The notes below the pieces were generated by a model, which was given only the letters and a program-made list of their open reading frames with translations, made no database searches and was not told the origin of the DNA. Positions 1 through 9,500 of a stretch of DNA of 64,000 nucleotides are shown here, piece after piece. This DNA comes from an uncultured bacterium. Its GTDB lineage: Bacteria; Krumholzibacteriota; Krumholzibacteriia; JACNKJ01. The position numbers and the translations under genes were made by a program. The stretch covers positions 11,771 through 75,770 of the forward strand of contig CAYPGS010000014.1 in assembly GCA_964410395.1 (NCBI GenBank), given 5' to 3'. Position 1 is the stretch's first letter. Each line of letters begins with the position of its first letter.

Positions 1-972
1 ACGATTCATCCTCACGGCCTCGATGCGGATCAGATGAATGATGGGGTTCCGCAGACATCCTTCGAGATCCCCATGATGGGAAGTTACACCTACGAATTCG
101 ACGCGAACCATGCAGGCTCTTACGCCTACCACTGTCATGTGAACACCGTGATTCACATGCAGATGGGCATGTATGGAGCCATCAACATCCTCCCTTCCGA
201 CGGATCGAATCACGCCTGGGATGGAGGACCCGCCTTCGATCTGGAGCGAACCTGGCTCAGCGCCGAGATCGATCTGGTCTGGAATCAGTTGGACGAGGAC
301 GCCGACTTCACCGTCTACTCGCCGGACATCTTCATTCTGAACGGGAAGGACGGGCCACAGGCCGCGGTCGATCCATACACAAGCCTGGATCTTGTCGACG
401 ACGATGTTGCCTTGCTCCGGTTGGGAAACATGGGCTACCTGCCAGTGCGTTATTCCTTCGCGGGACTCCATGCCGAGGCGGTGGCCAGCGACGGTCGTCC
501 TCTGCCCGACGCGATCAGCGCCCAGGGACTGGAGGTCGCTCCCGGCGAGCGATACGATGTGCTGCTGCGGGGCCTGAACGCGGGCAACTTCCAGGCCATG
601 CTCGAATACCTCGACCTATACGACGGTTCGGTACTCGGAACCCTGGCGGTACCTGTCACGGTTTCGGGGAATCCCTCGGATGCTTGGCCGGAGGATGGGC
701 GACGCTTCCGCGTTTCGTTGCCGACACCGAGTCCATTCCACGATCGCGTGAGTTTCGTTCTGGGCATGCCACAATCGGGCAAGGTGGAAGTCTGGGCGCA
801 CGATGTCCGCGGGCGACTCATCAGCCATGAGGAAGTCCGACTCAACGACGGCGACACCTATACCTGGAGAGGCCGCGATGCGGCGGGCGTGAGGCTGAGC
901 AACGGAGTCTATTACCTGCGATTCAGGCACGAAGGGGAGACGGTCTCCGAAAAGGTGACCCTGATCCGCTGA
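1..972 (+). CDS. Multicopper oxidase, C-terminal part (5' end upstream of window) carrying the FlgD-Ig/Por-tail-like C-terminal domain (CTD)
   Basis: Frame 1 is open from nt 1 (TIHPHGLDADQ...), so the ATG at 34 is internal. HPHG followed by YHCHVNTVIHMQMGMYG matches the copper-ligand motifs of the last cupredoxin domain of MCOs. The tail PTPSPFHDRVSF...NGVYYLRF...KVTLIR is the CTD shared with 8 other ORFs here. Confidence 0.8.
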   Translation, partial: TIHPHGLDADQMNDGVPQTSFEIPMMGSYTYEFDANHAGSYAYHCHVNTVIHMQMGMYGAINILPSDGSNHAWDGGPAFDLERTWLSAEIDLVWNQLDEDADFTVYSPDIFILNGKDGPQAAVDPYTSLDLVDDDVALLRLGNMGYLPVRYSFAGLHAEAVASDGRPLPDAISAQGLEVAPGERYDVLLRGLNAGNFQAMLEYLDLYDGSVLGTLAVPVTVSGNPSDAWPEDGRRFRVSLPTPSPFHDRVSFVLGMPQSGKVEVWAHDVRGRLISHEEVRLNDGDTYTWRGRDAAGVRLSNGVYYLRFRHEGETVSEKVTLIR

Positions 973-979
973 TCGGAAC

Positions 980-1004
980 AGGCCCCCTACATCCTAGGGG
1001 CCCT
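980..1004. terminator. Hairpin between convergent genes (possible bidirectional terminator)
   Basis: AGGCCCCCTA-catcc-TAGGGGCCCT, a 10-bp stem with one mismatch, sits between the stop at 972 (+) and the stop at 1016 (-). The T-runs are weak. Confidence 0.45.
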
Positions 1005-1015
1005 TTCATCGGCTC

Positions 1016-2755
1016 TTACTTGAGCAGGACGATCTTGCCCGTGTCCAAGCGCCCAGCTTGGGTCAAGCGGACGAGATAGATTCCGGAGGACATCCTGGCT
1101 CCGAAATCATCTTCTCCATTCCAGACGCCTTCGTAGGCGCCAGGTTCACCATCTCCCGATTCCAGGGTGCTCACGAGCCTTCCATCGATCCCGTGGATAC
1201 TCAACTTGAATGGTCCAGCACTGTCCAACCGGTAGGCCACGGTCACCGAAGGATTGAATGGGTTCGGATAGGGTTGCCCGAGGCCGAAGGCCGGCGGCGC
1301 GTCAACCACATCGGTGGGATCGGTGGCGCTGTTGAGCGCGCCGGGCGTGCCGTGTCCCAGGGAGGCCGCCCAGCTATAGGGCTGGTTGTTGTCCATGGCC
1401 GGATCGATGAGTTCCAGGGTCGGCCCGTTGCCGTCGGGTTCGGTGGGCCAGGGCGGCGAGTCGGTGTAGATCACGAAGTCGACAATCTCGCTGTCCTCAG
1501 CGTAGAGGCGAAGCAACTCGCCCGCGCCGCTGAATCCGAAACCGAGGTCGCCGATGGCGTTCTGAACCTCGGGGAAGAGGGCCTGGAAGGCCGACAGGTT
1601 CTCGCAGAGCACGAGGTATCCCTCCGGAGGAATCAGCGTGCCCTGTGGAATCTGGAATGTGTGGGTGATGTCCTCGTCCATGAAGACCATGCCGCTCAGA
1701 TCCACCTCGAGCCCGGAGGGGTTGTGGATCTCGACCCAATCCTGTGTGTCGAAATCGGGAGCGGAATGGTAGTTGATCTCGTTGATCACCATGGCCCTCG
1801 CCAGCTGGTCGTAGATAAAGACGCCCATGTCGGTGCGCGTGCCGTCGGGATCGAGGGGGCTGCCCGGGTCGCCCGCGTCGATGCAGGGAGAGTCCGATTG
1901 CAGCCTGAAGTCGAGGGCTTCCGCATCCAGGAAGAGCGGATCGTCCATGAGATTTCCCTCGCCGTCCATCAACACCAGATCCGAGAGGCTGTAGGTGACC
2001 GTCGCATCTGAGAACTCGTCGACCGTCAGTGTCTCGAGGATGCTTCCCGCCACGATGCTGTTGTTCAGCGTGATGTGCCCGCCTCCCCAACCGGCGTTCT
2101 TCTCGTAGGCGGCCACGCCGATGCTGTCGGCGTAGAAGGTGAGGTGGTCGGCGATGATGACGGCGTCATCCTTGGCGGCCATTCCGATGGAGCAATGCGT
2201 GACCAGGGTGCGATTGATGGTCGCCACCGAGGACTCACCCACGGAGATACCCTTGTCGGCGCCGTTGTGCACGCGGCAGTCCTCGATGAGGACCACGGAA
2301 CCGTAGCCGATGTCGATGAGGTCGTCGTCGCCTCCCCATATCACGCAGCCGCGGATGGTTCCGTCGCCTACCACGTCGAAGTCAATGACGTCGCCGGCCT
2401 GCCCCGGTCCGAAGGTGCATCGCTCCAGTACGGCGCTGCCGAAACGGTTGTTCACGAACTCCTGGGTGTTGTTCGCCAGGAACTCGCAATCGAGAATCTG
2501 CATGTCGCACTCGACGGTGTAGATGCATCGCGCGTTGCCGTCGAAGAGTACATGATCGAGGGTGACGGTGGACGAGTCGGCGGCCACCGCTCCCTGGTGC
2601 CAGCTCTCGTCGCCCCATCCCGCGCCTTGGATGGTCGCGTGCCGGATCGTGCAGGCGCCCTCGGCGTTGTCGAAGATGATGTTGCCCCAGGAACCGTAGT
2701 TCTCCAGTCGCCGCATGAAGGTGACGGGGGCGGATTCGTATCCCCAGACGTCCAT
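1016..2755 (-). CDS. Beta-helix repeat / lamin-tail-domain / CTD protein segment (downstream part of a disrupted CotH gene)
   Basis: The N-terminal ~300 aa look like parallel beta-helix repeats. LTD signature VINEINYHSAPDFDTQDWVEIHNPSGLEVDLSGMVF is present. The CTD is NPFNPSVTVAYRL...SGIYLVRL...GKIVLLK. The same frame stays open upstream to about 3075 apart from a single TGA at 2792-2794. Confidence 0.75.
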   Translation of the reverse strand: MDVWGYESAPVTFMRRLENYGSWGNIIFDNAEGACTIRHATIQGAGWGDESWHQGAVAADSSTVTLDHVLFDGNARCIYTVECDMQILDCEFLANNTQEFVNNRFGSAVLERCTFGPGQAGDVIDFDVVGDGTIRGCVIWGGDDDLIDIGYGSVVLIEDCRVHNGADKGISVGESSVATINRTLVTHCSIGMAAKDDAVIIADHLTFYADSIGVAAYEKNAGWGGGHITLNNSIVAGSILETLTVDEFSDATVTYSLSDLVLMDGEGNLMDDPLFLDAEALDFRLQSDSPCIDAGDPGSPLDPDGTRTDMGVFIYDQLARAMVINEINYHSAPDFDTQDWVEIHNPSGLEVDLSGMVFMDEDITHTFQIPQGTLIPPEGYLVLCENLSAFQALFPEVQNAIGDLGFGFSGAGELLRLYAEDSEIVDFVIYTDSPPWPTEPDGNGPTLELIDPAMDNNQPYSWAASLGHGTPGALNSATDPTDVVDAPPAFGLGQPYPNPFNPSVTVAYRLDSAGPFKLSIHGIDGRLVSTLESGDGEPGAYEGVWNGEDDFGARMSSGIYLVRLTQAGRLDTGKIVLLK

Positions 2756-2756
2756 C

Positions 2757-4100
2757 TCACCGAGGACGACCAGGTCGGCGTCGTCGCCCAGTCAGATCTC
2801 CACGTTGGACATGACGGTCAGCTTCGCGCCTCGAGCGACGGTGAGACTGTCGTCGATGAAGTAGGGGGATCCGGATGAGTAGAGCACCATGTCGCTGTCG
2901 ATGACGGCGGGTAGGGTCGTGCCCGGATCCACCGTGAAGGTGTTGAAGGAATCGAAGGCGTAGGGCCCCGAGGACCAGGGGGAGTAGTCGGTGACGCTGA
3001 CCTCGTAGTAGTAGGTACCCGGCGGAGGTGTGACCGGCAGGGTGAGGGAGGTTCCGATTGTCCGTGGTGTCGGCCGCCACCGAGGCTTCGATTTCCAGAA
3101 CGAGACTGTCCACGATGGGGAAGAGGAAATCGGGATTGAAGGTCGCCGCGACGATCTCGTCTACGCGCAGGGAGAAGTCGTCGAAGATTTCATCCACGAT
3201 GAAGGCGCGCTCGGCGAAGGGATTGTCCGGAAGCGAGTGCTTGCTCGTGCGATGGTAGGCGTACATGCCGTACTGGGCGAAGGTCTTGTCGAGATCCCAG
3301 GGCAACATGGTCCAGAGACCGCTGCCGCCTATGTCGTGGTACATGTAGTAGTTGTGATAGTAGGTGCTGCCGTTGGAGGTCAGCGCATTGAGAGCGATGA
3401 CGTTGAGCATGAGATCGTAGTCCATGGTCCGTTCGCAGAATGCCTTGTACTCCATGTCGGGCACGGTGTTGAGGCTGTCGATGAAGGTCTGCAGGTCGTC
3501 CCAGGGACCGAGCTCGTTGGTCTTCTTCTCCCAGTGCACGTAGATGTCGTCGAAGATGCTTAGGCAGGCGCCGTCGTTGGTGGCCTTGTAGAGGTTTCCC
3601 GTCGGGTCCATACCGCGGGCGGTGAGGAAGTCCTCATCCATGTTCTCGACCTGGACGTAGAGCCCCCAGAACTCTCCATTGAGGTAGAGCCTGACGTGGG
3701 AAGCGTTGAAGCAGGGGTGTCCGGATTCCTTGAAGACCCGGGTGGACATGACCGTTCGGATGTATGATGGGTCCCGCCAGTCGGCGTTGATGTTCATCAC
3801 GTTGGTGCCGTTGGGAAAGGGCAGGCCGTCGCTTTTCACTTTCAGCGATTTCTTGGGATAGGTGCGGGAAGTGTCGCCGCGGATTCTCACGCGGCAGTCG
3901 GGCCAGATGTCGCCTTCGAAAGCGATGGTACAGGGCACATAATAGTCCAGCCACCAGTTGTCATAGATGTATTGCAGGCTGTCCGGATCGACTCCCAGGA
4001 AGTACTCGTCCACTCCTACCTGAGCCTTTACCGGCAATGCTAAAGATACGAGAGCAAAGGAACAGGCGGCTAGGACCGTGGCGCGGCGCCAGCGGTTCAT
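2757..4100 (-). CDS. CotH kinase-like secreted protein segment (upstream part; frame lost near 3040-3075)
   Basis: CotH-type core NINADWRDPSYIRTVMSTRVFKESGHPCFNASHVRLYLNGEFWGLYVQVENMDEDFL. Start chosen at ATG 4100, which has RBS GGAGGTGGAGGG and signal peptide MNRWRRATVLAACSFALVSLALPVKA. After ...SVAADTTDN the translation becomes Arg-rich nonsense, while another frame reads TIGTSLTLPVTPPPGTYYYEVSVTDYSPW... Confidence 0.75.
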   Translation of the reverse strand: MNRWRRATVLAACSFALVSLALPVKAQVGVDEYFLGVDPDSLQYIYDNWWLDYYVPCTIAFEGDIWPDCRVRIRGDTSRTYPKKSLKVKSDGLPFPNGTNVMNINADWRDPSYIRTVMSTRVFKESGHPCFNASHVRLYLNGEFWGLYVQVENMDEDFLTARGMDPTGNLYKATNDGACLSIFDDIYVHWEKKTNELGPWDDLQTFIDSLNTVPDMEYKAFCERTMDYDLMLNVIALNALTSNGSTYYHNYYMYHDIGGSGLWTMLPWDLDKTFAQYGMYAYHRTSKHSLPDNPFAERAFIVDEIFDDFSLRVDEIVAATFNPDFLFPIVDSLVLEIEASVAADTTDNRNLPHPAGHTSAGYLLLRGQRHRLLPLVLGALRLRFLQHLHGGSGHDPTRRHRQRHGALLIRIPLLHRRQSHRRSRREADRHVQRGDLTGRRRRPGRPR

Positions 4101-4210
4101 CCCTCCACCTCCTTGATAGGCACATTGATGATACACGAATTGCGACATCCCGAATACCCCGTCTTGCCGATATTTCACAAAGAGTTTACGCGCAAGAGAT
4201 TCTCCGGGTC

Positions 4211-4246
4211 ACAAATGAAAACGGGAGGGCAGAAACCCTCCCGTTT
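4211..4246 (-). terminator. Intrinsic terminator downstream of gap
   Basis: Minus-strand transcript folds as ACGGGAGGG-uuucug-CCCUCCCGU followed by UUUCAUUUGU, 40 nt after the gap stop. Confidence 0.7.
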
Positions 4247-4285
4247 GATTCTGAACCGGAATGAATGAGTGGGGCCCTGCCCTCC

Positions 4286-5290
4286 CTATTTCATTCCATC
4301 CATGATCTGCATGAGATCAACCACGCGATTGCTGTAGCCCCACTCGTTGTCGTACCACGAGAGCACCTTGGCGAAGCGGCCGTCGACCACCTTCGTCCAG
4401 GGCGAGTCGAAGATCGACGAGTGCGGATCGCCCACGATGTCGCTGGAAACGATGGGATCGGTAGAGTACTTAAGGATGTTCTTCAGTCGTTCGCTCTTCG
4501 CAGCGTCGCGCAGGGCTTCGTTGATCTTCTCGGCGCTCGTTTCCTCGTTGAGGACGAGAACCAGGTCCACGATGGATCCGTCGGGAATGGGAACGCGCAT
4601 GGCCATGCCGTCCAGCTTGCCCTCAAGTTCCGGCAGCACCTTGCCCACGGCCTTGGCCGCGCCCGTGGTGGTGGGGATGATGTTCTCCGCCGCCGCACGG
4701 CTCCGCCGCCAGTCGCTGTGAGGCACGTCGGCCAGGCGCTGGTCGTTGGTGTAGGCGTGCACGGTGGTCATCACACCGCTCTCGATGCCGAAGTTCTCGT
4801 GGATGACCTTGGCCACAGGCGCCAGGCAGTTGGTGGTGCAGCTGGCGTTGGACACGATATTGTGCTCGGGCTTGAGCTCGTCCTCGTTGACGCCAAGGAC
4901 CACGGTGAAATCGATCTCGTCCTTGCTCGGAACGGTCAGGATCACCTTCTTCGCGCCGGCCTCCATGTGCTGCTCGATCTGCTCGCGCTTGCGGAAGATA
5001 CCCGTGGCCTCCACCACGATATCCACACCCAATTCATCCCAGGGCAATTGCGAAGGCTCGGGGATGGCGGTCATCTTCACGTTCTGGCTGCTGGTGCGCA
5101 TCATGTCCCCGTCCACCTCGACCTTGTCGGGGAAGCGGCCCATGACGGTGTCGTGCTTGAGCAGGTAGGCCATGGCCTCATTGTCGGCCAGGTCGTTGAT
5201 GGCCACCACGTCGACCTTGCCTCCGAGCTCGTTCATGATGCGGAAGACGCTGCGTCCGATGCGGCCGAAGCCGTTGATCGCCACTCTCAT
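4286..5290 (-). CDS. gap: Glyceraldehyde-3-phosphate dehydrogenase, type I (canonical)
   Basis: INGFGRIGR NAD fold, catalytic SNASCTTNC, TTVHAYTNDQ, IIPTTTGAAKAV, AMRVP and WYDNEWGYS are all present. The ATG at 5288-5290 overlaps the upstream TGA (TGATG). The ORF track starts 3 nt earlier at a GTG (5293). Confidence 0.93.
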   Translation of the reverse strand: MRVAINGFGRIGRSVFRIMNELGGKVDVVAINDLADNEAMAYLLKHDTVMGRFPDKVEVDGDMMRTSSQNVKMTAIPEPSQLPWDELGVDIVVEATGIFRKREQIEQHMEAGAKKVILTVPSKDEIDFTVVLGVNEDELKPEHNIVSNASCTTNCLAPVAKVIHENFGIESGVMTTVHAYTNDQRLADVPHSDWRRSRAAAENIIPTTTGAAKAVGKVLPELEGKLDGMAMRVPIPDGSIVDLVLVLNEETSAEKINEALRDAAKSERLKNILKYSTDPIVSSDIVGDPHSSIFDSPWTKVVDGRFAKVLSWYDNEWGYSNRVVDLMQIMDGMK

Positions 5291-6309
5291 CACGCCACCC
5301 CCTTCCGGATGAATTCACGCACGGTGAGTACCGTGTCGACGACCCTTCCGGCGATGCCCCAGCCGTTGTCGTACCAGCCGATGATCTTCACCAGGCCGCC
5401 CTCCATGCTGATGCTCGCCAGGGAGTCGTAGACCACCGATTCGCTCAGACCGATGACGTCGCTGGACACCACCGGTTCGGCGGCGTAGCCCAACCACCCG
5501 GAGAGGGGCCCCTCGGAGGCAGTCTTGAAGGCCTCGTTGATCTCCTCGATGCTCAGGGGCTTGCGCAGCTGCACCGCCAGATCGAGGCATGAACCGTTGG
5601 GGACGGGCACGTTCACGGCCATGCCCTCTACGCGTCCCTTGAGCTGGGGCATGATCTCGGTGACCACTTCCGAAGCCCAGGACATGTTGGGAATCAGGTT
5701 CTCGGCGGCGCTGCGCGCGCGGCGCAGTTCGGCGGCCATGGCGTCCGACAGTTTCTGATCGCTGGTGTAGGCGTGCACCGAGGTCATCATGGCGTGATTC
5801 ACCACCGCCGCGTCGTCCAGAACCTTCAGCATGAGGCCGAGTGCCTGGCAGGTGGCGCTGGACACGGAGATGATGCTGTCCTGAGGTCCCAGGCTGTCGT
5901 GATTCACGCCGTGGATGAGCGTGGCGTCGATGGAGTCGAGAGCCGGCCGGCAGACGATGACCCGCGGCGCGCCCGATTCCAGATGTCCCTGCAACTCGGC
6001 GCGCTGGCGATACTGCAGGGTGGTGTCGATGACGATGTCCACGTCGAAGGCGTCCCAGGGCATGTCATCGGGCCTGAGGCCCTTGACCAGGCGCGACTTC
6101 TGTCGTCCGGCGGTCAGGTACTTGCCCTCGAGCTTCACCTCGTCGGGGAAGTGGCCGTAGATGGTGTCGTACTCGAGCAGGTAGGCCACGGCCTCCGGAC
6201 TGCCCAACTCGCTGATGGCCACGATATCGATGTCTTCGTGGTGGTAGGTCTGGCGAAAAAAGTTCCGTCCGATCCTTCCAAAGCCCATCAGCCCCACACG
6301 GATAGGCAT
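5290..6309 (-). CDS. GAPDH-family paralogue with non-canonical active-site residues
   Basis: Full-length GAPDH fold is indicated by GFGRIGR, SVHAYTSDQ and GWYDNGWG. However, SNASCTTNC is replaced by SVSSATCQA, TTG by NMS and AMRVP by AVNVP. The gene is translationally coupled to gap. Confidence 0.85.
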   Translation of the reverse strand: MPIRVGLMGFGRIGRNFFRQTYHHEDIDIVAISELGSPEAVAYLLEYDTIYGHFPDEVKLEGKYLTAGRQKSRLVKGLRPDDMPWDAFDVDIVIDTTLQYRQRAELQGHLESGAPRVIVCRPALDSIDATLIHGVNHDSLGPQDSIISVSSATCQALGLMLKVLDDAAVVNHAMMTSVHAYTSDQKLSDAMAAELRRARSAAENLIPNMSWASEVVTEIMPQLKGRVEGMAVNVPVPNGSCLDLAVQLRKPLSIEEINEAFKTASEGPLSGWLGYAAEPVVSSDVIGLSESVVYDSLASISMEGGLVKIIGWYDNGWGIAGRVVDTVLTVREFIRKGVA

Positions 6310-6440
6310 ATCAGCCCCCTTTCCCGGGAGAATTTTCTGGGTCCGCGCTCAAGTTAACCCGCCATGGATTCCCCGGCAAGTCTCGCTTTTCCCCAAAATT
6401 TCCGATGCTTACTTGGCATGTTTCAGGCTTTCGAACCCGA

Positions 6441-6470
6441 TTGTCTGAATAGGGGCTATGTTGGTATAAT
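6441..6470 (+). promoter_or_regulatory. Sigma70-like promoter with extended -10 for C25 peptidase 1
   Basis: TTGTCT-N18-TATAAT, with TG at 6462-6463 giving TGgTATAAT, lies 70 nt upstream of the ATG at 6541. Confidence 0.45.
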
Positions 6471-6540
6471 AGTACCTTCTCATTCCCCATAGATCCTCGG
6501 GGTGGTCCCACCCCGCCAGACTCAATAGGAAAGGAACATC

Positions 6541-9500
6541 ATGAGGAAGGGCCTGCTTGTATTTCTGAGCGCGCTTCTGGCCATGTCCGCCCTGGCGGTG
6601 GCCGAAGGCGTGCGCATTCCCCTGGACGCCCCGAGCACCAGCCTACAGCTGCTGAGCGATCGCGGCGACGCCCTCACCTTCAGGGCCGAGATCGGCGCCC
6701 TCGAGGCCATGGAAGTGGCCACGCCCGAGGGCCTGTTCACGCGTCTGAGCATTCCGGGATTCCACTCCTCGAAGGTGGAGGGTGCCCCGGAACTGCCGCA
6801 GATGAATCGGCTCTACGAGATTCCCTACGGCGCGGCGACGCGTTTGGAGATTCTCAGCAGCGAGACCACGACTCTGAGTCTCGCGGACTACGGTTTCGAG
6901 CACCGTGTCATGCCGGCCCAGCCGAGCATGCCCAAGAACGCCGATCCGGCCACCTGGCCCTTCATCTACGACGCCGCCAGCTACGGCAGCGATCGGGTCG
7001 CCTATGAGCTCGTGAAGTCGGTGGACCTGGGCCGCATGCGCGCCGTGGATCTGGGTCGCGTGGAGCTCGCGCCGGTGGAGTACTATCCCCAGAGCGGCGA
7101 GCTCGTGGTCTACACCAGCGTGGAGTTCACCCTGCACTTCGAGGGCGGAGATCCCATGGCGGGGGCGGAGCTGAAGGCAGCAACCCACAGCCCCTTCTTC
7201 GATCATCTCTACGAGAACATCGACGGCTATCGCGGCTTCCATGAAGGCTATCCCGATCGCGTGCGCGACCTGGTCACCCTGGTCGTCATCGTGCCCGCCG
7301 AGTTCGAGGCCTACATCGGGGACTACGTGGCCTGGAAGACCCAGCGCGGATTCAACGTGGTGGTCGGCGTCATCGGTTCGCCCGAGGTGGGCAGCACGAC
7401 GAGCACCATCCAGTCCTACATCCACGATCTCTACAACAATGGCACTCCTCATGAGCCCGCACCGAGCTTCGTGGTCTTCATCGGCGATGTGGCCCAGTGC
7501 CCGACTTTCCAGATGAGCGGCGATGCCACCGACCGTCCCTACTGCGACGTGGAAGGCGATCTGGTTCCGGACATCTACTACGGTCGCCTGAGCGCGACGA
7601 ATCCGACCCAGCTGCAGGCCATCCTCGACAAGACCATGATGTACGACCAGTTCACCATGCCCGATCCTGCCTATCTCGGCGAGGTCTGCCTGATCGCCGG
7701 CGTGGACAGCTGGTATGCCTCCACCCACGGCAACGGCCAGATCAACTACGGCACCGAGCACTACTTCAACTCGGCCCACGGGATCTACAGCCACACCTAC
7801 CTGTATCCCGCCTCCGGCAGCTCGGGATCCCAGATCATCCAGAACGTCAGCGACGGCGTGGCCTACGTGAACTACACGGCCCACGGCAGCCAGACGAGCT
7901 GGAGCGATCCGAGCTTCACCCAGTCGAACGTCAACGGCCTGAACAACTACGGCGAGTACTGCCTGGCCGTCGGCAACTGCTGTCTGACCAGCACCTACGA
8001 CTATGGCGAATGCTTCGCCGAGACCTGGCTGCGCGCTTCGGGCAAGGGCGCCATCGGATACATCGGCGGCTCGAACAACACATACTGGGACGAGGACTAC
8101 TGGTGGGGCGTGGGCTACCACCCCTCCTCGCAGATCAACGGCACGGCCTGGCCCTACGAATCCACGGGGATGGGCGCCTATGACGGCATCTTCCACGACC
8201 ACGGCGAGGCCATGGAGCAGTGGTACGTGACCAACGACGCCATCATCTTCAGCGGCAACCTCGCCGTCATGGAGTCGGGCAGCAGCCGGATCACCTACTA
8301 CTGGAACATCTACAACCTCATGGGCGACCCGAGCCTGTCCACCTACATGGGCGTGCCCGGAGCGAACCCCGTGGATCACGCCGACTTCATCAGCGGCGAG
8401 GCCACCGAGTTCACCGTGGACGCCGCCCCCGGCAGCTACGTGGGACTCACCCAGGACGGCGCCCTGGCCGGCGCGGGCACCATCGGTGCTACCGGCACGG
8501 CCGACATCGAGGTCTGGAACATCAGCCCCACTGGCGGCGACCTGAGCATCGTGGTGATGATGCAGAACTACGAGCCCTACATGGCCACCATTCCCGTGGG
8601 ATACGTGGAGCAGCCGGCCATCGTGGTCACCGAGGACTACTTCGACGTGGAGTTGAGCATCGGAGGAACCGCGGTGCGCGACTTCGGCATCGGCAACGAA
8701 GGCGAGGCGGGCAGCAACCTGGCCTACGAGATCAGCATCGTGGATCCGACCCTGCCCCGCGGCAGCGACCGCAGCGTGGCGGGCTCGACCCTCACGGCCG
8801 ATCCCGGCAGCTACGATCCCGGCACCACCGAGACCTTCACCCTGACGGTCTATAACGCGAGCACCGATACCGAGTGGCTCAGCGAGGTCACCCTCGACTT
8901 CGATACGGGCGTGAACGTGATCAGCTCCACGAACTTCGTGGGCGGCAGCGCGGGCGATCTGGTGACCAACAACGCCACCGGCGACGGCGCGCGCCTGGTC
9001 TGGAGCGATCCGGACGGCGGCTGGGGACAGATCTACGGCGGCGAGAGCGCCACCTGCACGGTCGTCCTCGAATTCAACGGCGGCCTCATGGGCGACCTTG
9101 AGGTTCCCTACGGCATCCAGGGCGACATCTACGGCAGCGATCCCCACTACATCGAGGGCCTCATGGTGCTCGAGGGTCCCACCGGTCCCGGCGTGACCGT
9201 GGTCTCGCCCAACGGCGATGAACTCTGGCCCATCGGCGGACCGCAGATCATCCAGTGGAACTGGACCGATGTCATCGCCACCGTGGACATCGAACTCAGC
9301 CGCAACAACGGCCTGAGCTGGGAGACTCTCGCTTCCGGCGTGAGCAACACCGGCAGCTACATGTGGACGGTGGAAGGTCCCTTCTCGACCAGCTGTTTCG
9401 TCCGCGTGACGGCTCCGGCCGAGGGCGTCAGCGACACCAGCGACGCGCCCTTCTGCATCTACCAGCCCCTCACCTGGATCGACATGCCGGTCATGGCGGG

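Larger units (their letters stand above)
1016..4100 (-). pseudogene. CotH / Ig-like / beta-helix / LTD / CTD giant secreted protein, interrupted by one frameshift (~3040-3075) and one in-frame TGA (2792-2794)
   Basis: My own translation of the minus strand gives ...VIDSDMVLYSSGSPYFIDDSLTVARGAKLTVMSNVEI-TGA-LGDDADLVVLGEMDVWGYES..., which runs straight into ORF 1016..2755. Upstream, the same frame joins the CotH ORF only through a 1-nt shift. Confidence 0.65.

Noticed and set aside
2792-2794. In-frame TGA in the CotH/beta-helix gene as selenocysteine or a reassigned codon. A GACGAC...GTCGTC hairpin lies just downstream.
   Set aside because: TGA is used as a normal stop by many genes in this window (for example at 972, 28868 and 5290), which argues against reassignment. 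The context is a structural beta-helix, not a redox site. The hairpin does not resemble a bacterial SECIS in spacing or loop. A frameshift 270 nt upstream in the same gene points to decay or sequence error.
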